Shown here in pieces: positions 8,994-18,559 of a stretch of DNA of 64,000 nt (the first letter of the stretch is position 1; every line of letters begins with the position of its first letter). The position numbers and the translations under genes were made by a program. The notes beneath the pieces were generated by a model. The model worked only from the letters and a program-made list of their open reading frames with translations. It was not told the DNA's origin and searched no databases. Origin of the DNA: a virus (lineage: Duplodnaviria; Heunggongvirae; Uroviricota; Caudoviricetes); the IMG/VR virus record IMGVR_UViG_3300023184_000028, positions 54,551 through 118,550 of that record. The stretch is one strand, 5' to 3'.

Positions 8994-10217
8994 ATGGGAA
9001 ATCCTTTATATTGTTGTAAATATACTATAGTTAACTCCGGCTCAACTCCGGCGTATTTTAACTACGTTTCGTGTGTTCCAAATACTCCAACCAATAATTT
9101 CCAAATACCATTATCACCAAAACAAGTAAAATATATTTGGTCTTTTGACGGGATGTTTACCCCATTAAATAGGACAATTGGGATTCTTTGTAAAGAATGT
9201 AAACCATTTAATGTTACTCCAGTCCCATCCAAAACACCTACTCGGACTCCGACCCCAACCATAACTTCAACTATTACGCCTACAATGACTCCAACCGTAA
9301 CACCAACGGTAACACCATCAAATTTACCATTATCAGGTTGTTATGAAGGATATTCAATACCTAACACATATATAATGTATACTGATTGTTGTGATGGAAC
9401 TATAGTTTCTAGATACGTTATTGAACAAACACCATACTTGGTTAATGTTGATTTATCACAATTCTATCAAAATATTAATTTTACATATCAAATTTCAAAT
9501 TGTCCAACTCCAACTCCAACCCCAACAATAACTTCAACACCGACAGTTACTCCAACAAATACTGTAACCCCAAGTCAAAGTTATATACCTAAAATATTAA
9601 CAATGAAGTTTAATTCAACAGGTAATACTAATAATTGGTTTGTGGAAGGTTCCACTTTCTTTGATATGGTTGTTGATTGGGGTGACACTCAAATTGAAGC
9701 GTATGTCGCATCTAATATGTATAATCCAACTCACACATATTCGGCTAGTGGTGAGTATTCTTGTGTGATAACATTTACCGACCCAACAATTATAACATCT
9801 TTAGATATCTCAACAGGGTATGGAGATAACAGATTAGTTGAGATAACAGGATTAGAATATTTAACGACATTATCTTACTTAAATTTAAGTGGTAATTTAT
9901 TAAGTGCGTTTACTCCAACAATTCTAACATCATTAAATCTTTTAGATTTATCGTCTAATCAAATTGTATCATTTAATTCATTATACCCAATTTCAAGTTC
10001 TTTAGGTTTCTTATACTTAAATGATAACTCATTATCAAATACTGAAATTGATAATTCTTTAATTTATTTATCAGGAACAACAAGTTGGTCTTCACCTAAT
10101 TTAATGACCTTTAATAATCAATTGGGTGGCGGATGTTTAGTAAACCCAAGTTCAGGATATGACGAGTACTTGAGTTTAACAGGTGCAGGATGGACAATTT
10201 CTATTGATATTTGTTAA
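8994..10217 (+). CDS. Pro/Thr-repeat protein with PKD-like and leucine-rich-repeat regions
   Basis: PTPT/PTVT tracts, VDWGD...PTHTYSASGEY (PKD-like), and LSYLNLSGNLL / LNLLDLSSNQI / LGFLYLNDNSL (LRR). The N-terminal module is shared with 481. Confidence 0.75.
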   Translation: MGNPLYCCKYTIVNSGSTPAYFNYVSCVPNTPTNNFQIPLSPKQVKYIWSFDGMFTPLNRTIGILCKECKPFNVTPVPSKTPTRTPTPTITSTITPTMTPTVTPTVTPSNLPLSGCYEGYSIPNTYIMYTDCCDGTIVSRYVIEQTPYLVNVDLSQFYQNINFTYQISNCPTPTPTPTITSTPTVTPTNTVTPSQSYIPKILTMKFNSTGNTNNWFVEGSTFFDMVVDWGDTQIEAYVASNMYNPTHTYSASGEYSCVITFTDPTIITSLDISTGYGDNRLVEITGLEYLTTLSYLNLSGNLLSAFTPTILTSLNLLDLSSNQIVSFNSLYPISSSLGFLYLNDNSLSNTEIDNSLIYLSGTTSWSSPNLMTFNNQLGGGCLVNPSSGYDEYLSLTGAGWTISIDIC

Positions 10218-10270
10218 AATTACTATTCATTATTTTATTCTTTGTTTTATTTTTTAATAAAAAGTAAAAC

Positions 10271-11524
10271 ATGAGTAAAATTTTTATTCAGATAGCAAGC
10301 TATCGTGACCCACAGTTACCTCTCACAATAAAAAACGCAATTGAAAATGCAAAAAGTCCAAAAAATTTAAGATTTGGTATTGCAAGACAATTTCATGAGG
10401 ATGATAAATTTGATGATTTATCAGAGTATTCCAATGATAAAAGATTTAGAATCTTAGATATCCCTTATAATGAATCAAGAGGAGTTTGTTGGGCAAGACA
10501 TTTGACACAACAACTTTATGAAAACGAAGAATATACAATGCAAATTGATTCTCACATGAGATTTGAAAAAGATTGGGATAAGACCTTCATAGACATGATT
10601 AAACAGCTTCAAAAGAAGGGACACCCTAAACCATTACTTACAGGTTATGTGTCCTCATTTGACCCCGATAATGACCCTGGTGCAAGAGTTAGAGAGCCGT
10701 GGAGAATGGCGTTTGATAGATTCATTCCTGAAGGCGCGGTATTCTTTTTACCTGAAACAATTCCAAGTTGGCAAGAACTTAAATCCCCCGTACCTGCAAG
10801 ATTTTATTCTGCACATTTTTGCTTCACAGTAGGTCAATTCTCAAAAGAAGTTCAACATGACCCTGAATTTTATTTTCACGGCGAAGAAATTTCAATTGCC
10901 GCAAGAGCATATACTCATGGATATGATTTATTCCATCCACATAAAGTCGCCATTTGGCACGAATATACTCGTAAAGGTAGAACAAAACAATGGGATGACG
11001 ATAAAGAATGGGGTGAAAAAAATAGATTAGCACATCTAAAAAACAGAAAACTTTTTGGTATGGATGGTGAGGTTTATGATGAAGAGTATTTTGGTAATTA
11101 TGGATTTGGTAAAGAAAGAACTTTAACTGAGTATGAAAAATACTCAGGATTATTATTCAGTAATCGCGCAGTACAACAATATACGTTAGATAAAAACTAT
11201 CCTCCAAATCCTTATGATTTTCAGAATGAAGAAGATTGGAAAAACAGTTTTGCTCAAATATTCAAGCATTGTATTGATGTGGGGTATTCTCAAGTACCAG
11301 AAAAAGATTATGATTTTTGGGTAGTCGCTTTTCATAATTCAGCGGACGAAACTATTTTTAGAAAAGATGCGGACATTAATGAAATTAATGGTATGATGAG
11401 AGACCCTGACGGTTATTGTAAAGTATGGAGAGAGTTCCAAACATCTCATAAACCAACATACTGGGTAGTATGGCCACATTCATTATCTAAAGGATGGTGT
11501 GATAGAATTACAGGAAATTTATAA
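10271..11524 (+). CDS. GT60-like (GlcNAc/Gnt1-type) polypeptide N-acetylglucosaminyltransferase
   Basis: IFIQIASYRDP, GVCWAR, QIDSHMRF (DSH variant of DxD) and FHGEE...AARAYTHGYDLFHP motifs. Confidence 0.8.
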   Translation: MSKIFIQIASYRDPQLPLTIKNAIENAKSPKNLRFGIARQFHEDDKFDDLSEYSNDKRFRILDIPYNESRGVCWARHLTQQLYENEEYTMQIDSHMRFEKDWDKTFIDMIKQLQKKGHPKPLLTGYVSSFDPDNDPGARVREPWRMAFDRFIPEGAVFFLPETIPSWQELKSPVPARFYSAHFCFTVGQFSKEVQHDPEFYFHGEEISIAARAYTHGYDLFHPHKVAIWHEYTRKGRTKQWDDDKEWGEKNRLAHLKNRKLFGMDGEVYDEEYFGNYGFGKERTLTEYEKYSGLLFSNRAVQQYTLDKNYPPNPYDFQNEEDWKNSFAQIFKHCIDVGYSQVPEKDYDFWVVAFHNSADETIFRKDADINEINGMMRDPDGYCKVWREFQTSHKPTYWVVWPHSLSKGWCDRITGNL

Positions 11525-11530
11525 AAAAAT

Positions 11531-11920
11531 ATGGAAAATATAAAATTAGTTAATAACGAGCCAAAATATTATGAATTTATAAGATTTTTAAGAACAACTG
11601 AAGAAAATATTAGTGGTTTTTTAAGTCAATCATCAATAAGTGAAAATGAACAGTTAGAATATATGGAAAAATATGGTAATTGTTATTATGTTGCGTTATT
11701 AAACGAAAATCCTGTTGGATTTGTTGGAGTTATTGATGATGATATTAGAGTAGCTACTCATCCTAATTTTAAAAAATTAGGAATTGGTAAATTTATGATT
11801 AATGAAATTGTAAAAAAATTTCCTAAAAGTTTTGCAAAAATTAAACTAAATAATGAATCAAGTCTTAAACTTTTTGAGTCTTGCGGATTCAAAAAAGAAT
11901 TATTAATTATGAAAAAATGA
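11531..11920 (+). CDS. GNAT family N-acetyltransferase
   Basis: VGFVG...VATHPNFKKLGIGK acetyl-CoA motif A and NESSLKLFESCGF motif B. Confidence 0.8.
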   Translation: MENIKLVNNEPKYYEFIRFLRTTEENISGFLSQSSISENEQLEYMEKYGNCYYVALLNENPVGFVGVIDDDIRVATHPNFKKLGIGKFMINEIVKKFPKSFAKIKLNNESSLKLFESCGFKKELLIMKK

Positions 11921-12558
11921 TTTATAAAAGACCTAAAAACAATCCGTATAAAATAGTACAAATGTTTGAGGAAGAGGTGGCGGATTACACCGGTTCAAAA
12001 TTTGCAGTATCTGTTGACAGTTGTACTAACGCATTGTTTCTTGTGTGTAAATATTTGAAAGTTGAAGAAGTTACAATACCATCAAAAACTTATCTTTCTG
12101 TTCCTCAATCAATAATACATTCAGGTGGTGAAGTTATTTTTGATAAAAGGGATGAAACTAATAATTGGCTTGGGATGTATCAATTAAAACCATACCCTAT
12201 TTATGATGCGGCTAAAAGATTCACTTCAGGTATGTATTTACCAAATTCATTTATGTGTTTATCTTTCCACATAAAAAAACATTTAAAAATATCTAAAGGA
12301 GGTATGATTTTAACTGATGATGAAAATTCTGTTAAATGGTTTAAAAAAGCAAGATATGAAGGAAGAAGCGAAAAATTATATCACGAAGATGATATTGATA
12401 TGTTAGGTTGGAATATGTATATGACACCTCAACAAGCATCTCACGGGTTATCATTAATGCAAAATATCCCCATGCATAATAAAGATTTGGGGGAAAATAA
12501 TGGTTACAGAGATTTGACCGAATTTTCTGTCTTCAAAGATTGTAAAACAATAATATGA
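11917..12558 (+). CDS. DegT/DnrJ/EryC1-family PLP sugar aminotransferase, short (213 aa)
   Basis: SCTNAL, DAA and SFHIKKH..KGG (PLP lysine) motifs. The ATG at 11917 overlaps the GNAT stop (ATGA) and is preferred over 11881. Confidence 0.8.
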   Translation: MIYKRPKNNPYKIVQMFEEEVADYTGSKFAVSVDSCTNALFLVCKYLKVEEVTIPSKTYLSVPQSIIHSGGEVIFDKRDETNNWLGMYQLKPYPIYDAAKRFTSGMYLPNSFMCLSFHIKKHLKISKGGMILTDDENSVKWFKKARYEGRSEKLYHEDDIDMLGWNMYMTPQQASHGLSLMQNIPMHNKDLGENNGYRDLTEFSVFKDCKTII

Positions 12559-13322
12559 ATAAAATTTGTTTTGTGTTGGACACACATTATCTTAATTATA
12601 CGAATAGATTAAAACAAACTTCTTTAAAATCATTTATAGACTTAGAATTAGAAAAATTTGGAATTCATTTTTTTATTTCAACAAATAGACCTGATGATTT
12701 CAAAGAGTATAAATCAGACAGTATACACGTTTTTGATATAAATGAATTAAGAAAAAATAACGATATTTCTTTAAAATATGAACTATTACCTGAAATCCCT
12801 ACTGGGATTTACCCGTCAGGATTTCCTTGGAATTTGGAAAGATTTATTTTGAAGAAAGCTGCGGATATGGGATTTAATTACATTATAAACTTAGATTCTG
12901 ATGTTATTTTTGATGAAAGATATTCAGGATTAGAAATTAAAAATTTATTGGAAGATATTTTTGAAAAAAATACAATATGTACCAACCAAGCAATCTTTAC
13001 TTATGATGTTAATTCACAATCTGAAATTTTTTATTTACACAATAAATATAAAAAACACTTTAATTTAAATTTTGAAACTAATCAATATAATAGTTTAGAT
13101 GGTCCTGTTGTTATTTATATGGGAGAAACAACAAAAGACATATTGAGGTATTATAACAATTGGAATATGTTATCTAATTTTGGGTATCAAAAAGAATTTG
13201 GTTATGGATATGAAGGAATTGTTTGTGGTAATTGGTCTTTGTGCATACCAATGTCAGATTTCAAATTAAAATGGGTGGGTGTACCTTTTATACCACACCA
13301 TAAATATGATGATAGATATTAA
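12555..13322 (+). CDS. Putative GT-A fold glycosyltransferase
   Basis: NLDSDVIF DxD motif after hydrophobic strands, inside the glycan cassette. Confidence 0.45.
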   Translation: MNKICFVLDTHYLNYTNRLKQTSLKSFIDLELEKFGIHFFISTNRPDDFKEYKSDSIHVFDINELRKNNDISLKYELLPEIPTGIYPSGFPWNLERFILKKAADMGFNYIINLDSDVIFDERYSGLEIKNLLEDIFEKNTICTNQAIFTYDVNSQSEIFYLHNKYKKHFNLNFETNQYNSLDGPVVIYMGETTKDILRYYNNWNMLSNFGYQKEFGYGYEGIVCGNWSLCIPMSDFKLKWVGVPFIPHHKYDDRY

Positions 13323-13324
13323 TT

Positions 13325-14854
13325 ATGGTAAAAATTTTAGATATAGAAATAGCCGAAAAAGGTTATTATATTAATTTAGACGAATCTACTGATAGAAAAG
13401 AAAATGTAGAAAAACAAATAGAAAAATATAAGATAGAAAACTTAGAACGTTTTTCGGCATTGACTGACCCTGCAAGATTTTTATCTTGTACTAAATCACA
13501 TTTAGAAATTTTTAAAAAATCACTAGAAATGGATGTAAACACCATATTCATTTTAGAAGATGATTTTCAAATTTACGATGAATGTAAGATTAATCAGTTT
13601 AATTTTGATTTTAAAAAAACATTATCTGATGCCATGTCTCAACTCAAAGAGGTTGAATGGGATGTTGTTATGTTTGGGTGCAATCCAAAAACGTATTTAA
13701 TTCCTGAAACAAATCTACTATCTAGAAATTTTTCAAGTACCGGTTCTTGGGCTTATATTATAAATAAAAGGGCTTATAAATATATTTTTGAGAATTCGGA
13801 TTATTTTAAGGATTATTTAGCAATAGATGATTGGTTGGCGGTTTTGAGTAAAAAAGGTTTTAATGTTTTTACAACTACTCCAAAATTAATTTCACATGCG
13901 GTTGGATTTGAATCAACATTACTTCCATCGGGTAAAGTTAATTATGATACGTGGATTGAAGGTAATTATGAGAATTATTTATATCAATTCATAACCAATT
14001 TAAATTTTTTTGAAGACTATTCCGTTGAAAGAAGCGTAACCATTGTTATTGTAGGTCATTTTGTTGATAATTTTTTACATTATTTGAGATATCTTTTAAA
14101 AACAATTCCAACTGAAATTGAAAAATGTAAATTCTTAATTATTTACGACACTAATCACAAAACGGCCGAATATTCAAAGATTGCCGAGCTTCAAAATTAT
14201 TTTAAAAATAGGAATAAACCGATAAATTATGAAATAAAATACTCTAATGGTGGGTTAATAGATAGTGTTGATATTATGTTAAAATCACTAACAACTGATT
14301 ATTTTATATTTTTAGAACATGATTGGATTTTTTTAAAAAATGAGAAAATTGATTTTAAAGGTCTTTTAAATTGTTTTAATAAATATAATTTTGTAAATGC
14401 TGTATGGTTCAATAAAGATGATAATCAATTAAAAGGTTTTGAAATTTCCGGAACTGGAGATGGAAAAGAAACACCATATGGTAAAGAAGAAAGAATTGAG
14501 GATTTTGATTTAGTGACAACAGTAAGATGGTCTAATAATCCATCTATGTTAAGAACATCAAAGTATAAAGAGTGGTACGAAAAATACATATATAATCCGG
14601 GCGTTGGTATAAATCACCAAGGTCAATATAATGTGGAAGATTCAATGATTAGGGAATATAGAGAATTATTATTAAAAACAAAATGGGAAGATATTAGAGA
14701 TAATTGGGGTACTTTTTTGTATGGAAAGGTTGGTTCCGGTCCTTATGTGGGTCATACTGACGGTTCTCGTAGATATCAAACAACAATCAGAACTATGGCG
14801 GAAGATAATGCAGATGAATATGTAAAAAATAATCCGTTACCAAATAACGATTAA
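13325..14854 (+). CDS. Two-domain glycosyltransferase: GT25-like N-terminal domain plus GT2-like C-terminal domain
   Basis: YYINLDESTDRKE, SCTKSH and ILEDD (GT25). The second half has TDYFIFLEHDW and WSNNP. Confidence 0.7.
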   Translation: MVKILDIEIAEKGYYINLDESTDRKENVEKQIEKYKIENLERFSALTDPARFLSCTKSHLEIFKKSLEMDVNTIFILEDDFQIYDECKINQFNFDFKKTLSDAMSQLKEVEWDVVMFGCNPKTYLIPETNLLSRNFSSTGSWAYIINKRAYKYIFENSDYFKDYLAIDDWLAVLSKKGFNVFTTTPKLISHAVGFESTLLPSGKVNYDTWIEGNYENYLYQFITNLNFFEDYSVERSVTIVIVGHFVDNFLHYLRYLLKTIPTEIEKCKFLIIYDTNHKTAEYSKIAELQNYFKNRNKPINYEIKYSNGGLIDSVDIMLKSLTTDYFIFLEHDWIFLKNEKIDFKGLLNCFNKYNFVNAVWFNKDDNQLKGFEISGTGDGKETPYGKEERIEDFDLVTTVRWSNNPSMLRTSKYKEWYEKYIYNPGVGINHQGQYNVEDSMIREYRELLLKTKWEDIRDNWGTFLYGKVGSGPYVGHTDGSRRYQTTIRTMAEDNADEYVKNNPLPNND

Positions 14855-14865
14855 AAAAAAATAAT

Positions 14866-15414
14866 ATGAAAAATCTTGAAGAAATTTATAATGAAAAATG
14901 TTTAACTTATTCTGATATATCTGAACACTTACCCACATTAAAGAAATATACCGAGGAATGTGAACACGTTACTGAAATGGGTGTCAGATATGTTATTTCA
15001 ACGTATGCTTTTATGATGGGTAAACCAAAAAAATTAATATCTATTGATATTTTACCTGTTGAAAATTTTGGTATCAATCGCGAAGACTTAAAAAAATTAG
15101 CGTTAGAAAATGGTGTTGAATTTAATTTCATAGTTGGAGATACTACTAAAATAGAAATTGAGGAAACTGATTTACTTTTTATTGATACATGGCATGTTTA
15201 CCACCAGTTAATAAAAGAATTAACTTTACACGGAAATAAATCTAGAAAATATATTATTTTACATGATACAACTACTTTTGGTGAATATGGTGAATGTAAT
15301 GAAGGAGAAGGTCTATGGAAAGCCGTTGAAGAATTTTTAAACCTAAATTCAAACTGGATTTTAGAAAAAAAATATACAAACAATAATGGACTAACAATTT
15401 TAAAAAAAATTTAA
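14866..15414 (+). CDS. Class I SAM-dependent methyltransferase (Methyltransf_24-like)
   Basis: EMGVRYVIST, DLLFIDTWH and IILHDT motifs. Confidence 0.75.
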   Translation: MKNLEEIYNEKCLTYSDISEHLPTLKKYTEECEHVTEMGVRYVISTYAFMMGKPKKLISIDILPVENFGINREDLKKLALENGVEFNFIVGDTTKIEIEETDLLFIDTWHVYHQLIKELTLHGNKSRKYIILHDTTTFGEYGECNEGEGLWKAVEEFLNLNSNWILEKKYTNNNGLTILKKI

Positions 15415-15417
15415 ATT

Positions 15418-16194
15418 ATGGAAGTTAATATTATAATAACTTGTTATAATAAGGAAATATATTACCCTTATTTAAAAAAAATTATAGAATCATACAAAAA
15501 AATTAAACCAAACATTGTTTTATGTTATTCAGGTAATGATGATAAATTTATTTGTGATATAAAAATTGAAAATCTAATAAACGGGGGTAGAGGAGATAAT
15601 CATCACGAACACGCTTGTTTATATGCCGATATTGATTATAAATTAACTATTTTAGGGTATAATCATTTGAAAAGTAACGGAGTTAAAAATTGGATTAAAT
15701 TATCAGTTGATAGCTGGCTAATGGATGAAAAAAAACTAATTGATATTTTTAATGAGTTAGAATCTCAAAACTGTGTATATGCAGGTAACCGTTGGTATAC
15801 TCATATAAATTTATCCACAGATGTTTTTTTCTCCAACACAAAAAATAATAATATATTTGAAGATTTAGAAAAAAATGGGGAAGAATTTTTAGATTGGTTA
15901 TATTATAATAAAATACCAACTGGATTTGAAAATCTAATGAGATATATTGTAATTCCTTATGATTATCTGATAATAAATGGTAGAGAGCCTTTGGATGCAG
16001 ATAAAACAAGATGGATGTGTCCTGAATTGGGTTGGGCGATGTCTCACGATTTAGGTACAAACATCACTTTTTATGAAAATTACATATCAGATGAAAAAAA
16101 GGCTGAAGTGACAAAAATTTTAGGTAATAAAATACCATTTTCTATGGAATGGTATAAACAAGACTCAGGGCAACAAAAAAAAAATTATATATAA
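15418..16194 (+). CDS. Hypothetical protein, possible glycosyltransferase
   Basis: The N-terminal strand IIITCYN and a WIKLSVDSW segment resemble GT-A starts. It lies within the cassette. Confidence 0.4.
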   Translation: MEVNIIITCYNKEIYYPYLKKIIESYKKIKPNIVLCYSGNDDKFICDIKIENLINGGRGDNHHEHACLYADIDYKLTILGYNHLKSNGVKNWIKLSVDSWLMDEKKLIDIFNELESQNCVYAGNRWYTHINLSTDVFFSNTKNNNIFEDLEKNGEEFLDWLYYNKIPTGFENLMRYIVIPYDYLIINGREPLDADKTRWMCPELGWAMSHDLGTNITFYENYISDEKKAEVTKILGNKIPFSMEWYKQDSGQQKKNYI

Positions 16195-16195
16195 A

Positions 16196-18532
16196 ATGAA
16201 AAATCTTTTAAATAAAATAATTTCTTTTAATAATAAAAAAATTAATTCATCAATAATAAATGATGACCAAATAAGTAAATTAGTTTATTACTTATTAGAT
16301 ATTATTGAAAATAAAATTGAAGGTGACATTGTTGAGTTTGGTTGTTATGTTGGGGAATCAAGTAAATATTTGATGAAAACATTAGTTGAATGTGATGTTA
16401 ATAAAAAACTTTACGTTTACGATTCTTTTGAGGGGCTACCTGATTTGTCTGAATGGGAAAAAAATACGGGGTGGAGACCTAGAACACTAAAAACTAGCGA
16501 AGAAATATTAATTAGTAATTTTGTAGAAAATAATTTACCAATACCTATAATACATAAAGATTGGTTTAAAGATGTTCCTGATTACAAAGTACCTGAAAAA
16601 ATTTCTTTTGCTTTTTTGGACGGTGATTTTTATGATTCAATTTATGATAGTTTATCAAAAATATATGATAAAGTTCAGGATGGGGGTTATATTTGTTTTC
16701 ATGATTATAAAAGAAATGATTTACCAGGCGTTGAGGCAGCAATAAAAGATTTTTTTATCAGTATTGGAGTTGAGGATAATACAATTGAAGTTACAACACA
16801 ATTAGGTGTTTTTAGAAAAAATAAATCCTTCCCTCCAATTGAGGTTAAACATTTACCAAATAATAAAATCACATTAGTTACTGGATTATGGGATTTAGGT
16901 AGAGATAAACTCACTGAAGGATGGTCTCGTACATATCAACATTATTTAGATAACTTTAGGCAACTTTTACAGGTTGATGAAAATATGATAATATTTGGTG
17001 ATGAGGAACTTCAAAAATTTGTTAGAGAAAATAGGTCGTCCGATAAAACTCAATTTATTCTTAGAACAACTGATTGGTTTAAAAATAATGATTACTACCC
17101 ATTAATTCAAAATATTAGAAATAACCCTAATTGGTGTAATCAAGTTGGGTGGTTATCCGAATCAACTCAAGCAAAACTTGAAATGTATAATCCTTTGGTT
17201 ATGTCTAAAATGTTTTTACTACATGATGCAAAGATTGTTGATAGTTTTAACTCGGAATATATGTTTTGGATTGATGCTGGATTGACAAATACAATTCATT
17301 CTGGATATTTTACTCATGATAAAGTTTTAGATAAACTTTCTAAGTATATTTCTAAATTTTCATTTGTTTGTTTTCCTTACGAAACTACAACTGAAATTCA
17401 TGGGTTTGAAATAAATAAAATGAATTCTATATCGGGGGATAAAGTTAATAAAGTCGCCAGGGCTGGATTTTTTGGAGGTCCAAAAGAGTCAATATCCAAT
17501 ATGAATTCAATTTATTATGGATTATTATTATCCACACTACAAGAAGGTTATATGGGTACCGAAGAAAGTATTTTTACGATAATGACTTATAAGCATTCTG
17601 ATTTAATTAATTATTTTGAAATTGATGGTAATGGATTGTTCGGTAAGTTTTTTGAAGACCTTAAAAACGATAATTTAATAGTTAAATCAGAAAGTAAAAT
17701 ATCTGTTGAAAATACATTAGACACTAATAAAGTAGGGTTATATGTTTTAACATTTAATAGTCCAAACCAATTTAGGACTCTAATAAAATCAATGTTAGAA
17801 TATGATAAAGATTTTGTCTTAAAAACAACAAAATTTTTATTAGATAATTCTACCGATGAAACAACTTTTAATGAATATTCAGAATTATGTAAAGAACACG
17901 GTTTTGAACATATAAAAAAAGATAACTTAGGAATTTGTGGAGGAAGACAGTGGATTGCAGAACATTTTGATAAAACTGATTTAGATTATTACATCTTCAG
18001 TGAAGATGATATGTTTTTTCAAAATAAACCAGGAGAAACATGTAGAAATGGATTTAATAGGTATTCACCAAATTTATTTTCAAACACATTACAAGTAATT
18101 AAAAAAGAAAATTTAGATTTTATAAAGTACAATTATAGTGAATTTTATGGTGATAATGGTACTCAATGGTCTTGGTATAATGTTCCCCAACATGTTAGAG
18201 AAGAATTTTGGCCTGAAAAAACAAAGTTACCTGAGATGGGATTAGACCCCAATTCACCTAAGACTAAATTTAATAATATTAAAACTCATAATGGATTACC
18301 TTATGTTGATGGTGAAATATACTACTGTAATTGGACTCAATTAATTAGTAGGATAGGTAATAAAAAAATGTTTTTGGATACTACTTGGGCACATCCTTTT
18401 GAGAATACATGGATGTCTCATATGTATCAACTAACAAAAAAAGGAGAACTTAAGGGTGGATTGTTATTACTTACTCCTGTTGAGCACAATCGTTTTGACC
18501 ATTATGACGGAAAATTGAGAAAAGAATCATAA
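16196..18532 (+). CDS. Three-domain fusion: TylF/MycF-like O-methyltransferase, HtrL/WlaTC-like glycosyltransferase and GT2-like domain
   Basis: GDIVEFGCYVGES...DSFEGLP...FLDGDFYDS...FHDY (TylF), TLVTGLWDLGR...FWIDAG (HtrL-like), and DNLGICGGRQW...FSEDD (GT2-like). Confidence 0.75.
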   Translation: MKNLLNKIISFNNKKINSSIINDDQISKLVYYLLDIIENKIEGDIVEFGCYVGESSKYLMKTLVECDVNKKLYVYDSFEGLPDLSEWEKNTGWRPRTLKTSEEILISNFVENNLPIPIIHKDWFKDVPDYKVPEKISFAFLDGDFYDSIYDSLSKIYDKVQDGGYICFHDYKRNDLPGVEAAIKDFFISIGVEDNTIEVTTQLGVFRKNKSFPPIEVKHLPNNKITLVTGLWDLGRDKLTEGWSRTYQHYLDNFRQLLQVDENMIIFGDEELQKFVRENRSSDKTQFILRTTDWFKNNDYYPLIQNIRNNPNWCNQVGWLSESTQAKLEMYNPLVMSKMFLLHDAKIVDSFNSEYMFWIDAGLTNTIHSGYFTHDKVLDKLSKYISKFSFVCFPYETTTEIHGFEINKMNSISGDKVNKVARAGFFGGPKESISNMNSIYYGLLLSTLQEGYMGTEESIFTIMTYKHSDLINYFEIDGNGLFGKFFEDLKNDNLIVKSESKISVENTLDTNKVGLYVLTFNSPNQFRTLIKSMLEYDKDFVLKTTKFLLDNSTDETTFNEYSELCKEHGFEHIKKDNLGICGGRQWIAEHFDKTDLDYYIFSEDDMFFQNKPGETCRNGFNRYSPNLFSNTLQVIKKENLDFIKYNYSEFYGDNGTQWSWYNVPQHVREEFWPEKTKLPEMGLDPNSPKTKFNNIKTHNGLPYVDGEIYYCNWTQLISRIGNKKMFLDTTWAHPFENTWMSHMYQLTKKGELKGGLLLLTPVEHNRFDHYDGKLRKES

Positions 18533-18559
18533 TCGTTGTATTTATAATAAAAAAGATAG

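Noticed and set aside
1755-10217. Diversity-generating retroelement acting on the fibres
   Set aside because: There is no reverse transcriptase and no non-coding template repeat differing at adenines. The Asn-rich repeats are protein-level beta-helix repeats.
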